A stretch of 64,000 nucleotides of DNA from a virus (lineage: Duplodnaviria > Heunggongvirae > Uroviricota > Caudoviricetes): IMG/VR virus record IMGVR_UViG_3300045988_158394, one strand, 5' to 3'. The notes under the pieces are model-generated. The model saw nothing but the letters and a program-made list of their open reading frames with translations. It searched no databases and was not told the origin of the DNA. Positions 62,442-64,000 of the stretch are shown here, piece after piece (position 1 is the stretch's first letter; every line of letters starts with the position of its first letter). The position numbers and the translations under genes are program-made.

Positions 62442-63550
62442 GAACGTCATTAGTCACCCGTGAAGAGATGATCGAGGCAATTGAACAGCACACTGCCTGT
62501 ATCAGTACCAGGGATATACCGGGCGTTATTGCCAACTACTTCATGATCACCAAACAACTTTACCGGAGAAAGGACAAACACGCGGTTCACCGCATTCTGC
62601 TAACCGATATCCGTGAATACCTGCTCGAACAGGGTCATCTGAATTACGCAACCGTCGCAGCCGAAGCACGCAAGGAGGCACACAGAATGAAAGCAACTAA
62701 CGTTAAATCAGAAAAAATTTATGCACCTTCAGTTCAGGAATCGGAACTGGTGGTTGTTCAGAATCAGCCGGATGAAATTCCCGTTCTGGAATGGCAGGGA
62801 GTACGTGTCGTGACAACCGAAACTCTTGCTAGAGGGTATGGGGTCGATGAAGCCAATATTCGCAACAATTTGTCTCGCAACCTTGACCGCTTTGAAGCAG
62901 GTAAGCATTACTTTCTTCTAACTGCTTTAAAATTAAGAGAATTTAAGAACAGAGTAACCGGAAGTTACTCTGTTGGTAAGAACGCCAGAAGCCTTACACT
63001 CTGGACAGAGCGCGGCGCTGCACGCATGTCTAAGATCGTGGACACAAATGAAGCATGGGCATTCTTTGAAAAACTGGAAGACAGCTACTTCCGGCAAAAA
63101 GAACAGCAACCGGTTGCAATCCCCCAGACGCTTCCAGAAGCTCTGCGCCTGGCTGCCGAACTGGCTGAACAAAAGCAGCTTCTGGAACAGAAAGCCCACC
63201 AGCTAAATCAGCAGCTGGTGGCCGCCGCTCCTAAAGTCGATTTTGCCGACCGGGTATCAGTAGCTAAAGGGATCCTGATTGGGAATTTTGCAAAGGTTGT
63301 TGGACTTAAGCAAAACGCGCTGTTTGCCTGGTTACGGGAGAACGGCATCCTGATAGCGTCCGGTGGACGTAAAAATGTGCCGTTCCAGCAGTACATCAAT
63401 GCGGGGTATTTCACGGTGAAAGAAGTGGTGCTGGATGATGAAGATGGCTACCAGATACGGTTGACGCCTCAATTAACGGGTAAAGGCCAGCAGTGGTTGA
63501 CGCGTAAACTGCTCGATGCTGGCTTGTTAAAACCGGTGGCGGCTGAATAA
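62438..63550 (+). CDS. Antirepressor paralogue with Bro-N-like middle domain and KilAC-like C-terminus (internal start at 62687)
   Basis: 370 aa; N-terminal 80 aa paralogous to Ant1; conserved AAGGAGG before internal ATG 62687; central Bro-N-like segment; C-terminus near-identical to Ant1. Confidence 0.7.
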   Translation: MRTSLVTREEMIEAIEQHTACISTRDIPGVIANYFMITKQLYRRKDKHAVHRILLTDIREYLLEQGHLNYATVAAEARKEAHRMKATNVKSEKIYAPSVQESELVVVQNQPDEIPVLEWQGVRVVTTETLARGYGVDEANIRNNLSRNLDRFEAGKHYFLLTALKLREFKNRVTGSYSVGKNARSLTLWTERGAARMSKIVDTNEAWAFFEKLEDSYFRQKEQQPVAIPQTLPEALRLAAELAEQKQLLEQKAHQLNQQLVAAAPKVDFADRVSVAKGILIGNFAKVVGLKQNALFAWLRENGILIASGGRKNVPFQQYINAGYFTVKEVVLDDEDGYQIRLTPQLTGKGQQWLTRKLLDAGLLKPVAAE

Positions 63551-63582
63551 TGGAAGAATGCCCGGTTGATGCCGGGCATAAT

Positions 63583-64000
63583 TTATTGCGCGCTTTCGGG
63601 GTTGTCGTTTACTGGCTGCCCCTTCTTGGTTTTACGGCTGCGCGTAACTGATGCGGCTGACTTAACCTTTTTCTCTTCGCGAGTGATGGCAATTTGTTTT
63701 TTTACATTTTCAATATCTGCCAGGCGATATATTTTTGCCTGCGGCCAGCGGTCGCAGATGATCGGTTCTATGGAGTCATAAAGGCTAAATTTTGCTTTTT
63801 CGAATTCACCGTTGATGATAATTCCATCACGGAGAGTTTCATCGCAGATAAACACGCCACACAGTGGCACATGGTAACTAACTGATTTACCATCATTGTA
63901 GTTAGGGCTACTGGAAATGTAGTGGACGCGCAGCATTGTTTCGCTAAAGCCGTGTACGCGCATACGGAATTTTTCATCCTCCGGGTACTGCCTCATTAGC
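63583..64000 (-). CDS. c1: Probable C1 repressor, C-terminal portion (gene starts beyond window end)
   Basis: Minus-strand frame open to the window edge, convergent on the ant-like gene; position as expected for c1. Identity not verifiable here. Confidence 0.45.
   Translation of the reverse strand, partial: LMRQYPEDEKFRMRVHGFSETMLRVHYISSSPNYNDGKSVSYHVPLCGVFICDETLRDGIIINGEFEKAKFSLYDSIEPIICDRWPQAKIYRLADIENVKKQIAITREEKKVKSAASVTRSRKTKKGQPVNDNPESAQ

Overview
This 64 kb window reads as most of a P1-like temperate phage-plasmid (myovirus that is maintained as a plasmid prophage); no integrase, att site, IS element or CRISPR array was seen. Identification rests on gene order, protein motifs read from the ORF track, and at least eleven copies of the asymmetric P1 C1-repressor operator (ATTGCTCTAATAAATTT) in intergenic positions; no database search was possible, so all family names are from recall. 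Left to right: tail fibre (partial), baseplate genes and an SLT-domain tape measure (minus strand); a low-GC islet of three secreted proteins; the immI module (c4 RNA, icd, ant1/ant2) followed by kilA-repL; a hok/sok-like type I toxin locus; tail sheath and major head genes; parS-parB-parA; a GIY-YIG-like gene; a repA/iteron replicon with a P1 oriR-like origin but non-P1 iterons; bifunctional dmt; a tRNA cluster (Asn, Thr, Ile2) with a TerB-like gene; ban helicase; a second baseplate block; an accessory block with glycosyltransferase-like, phosphatase and lambdoid-type genes; hot, a LexA box, humD, phd-doc; lpa; pacA with the GATC-rich pac site; pacB. The most unusual feature is a second, diverged immI-like module (operator, terminator, c4-like RNA, icd paralogue, Bro-N/KilAC antirepressor) between pacB and a probable c1 repressor gene at the window edge.
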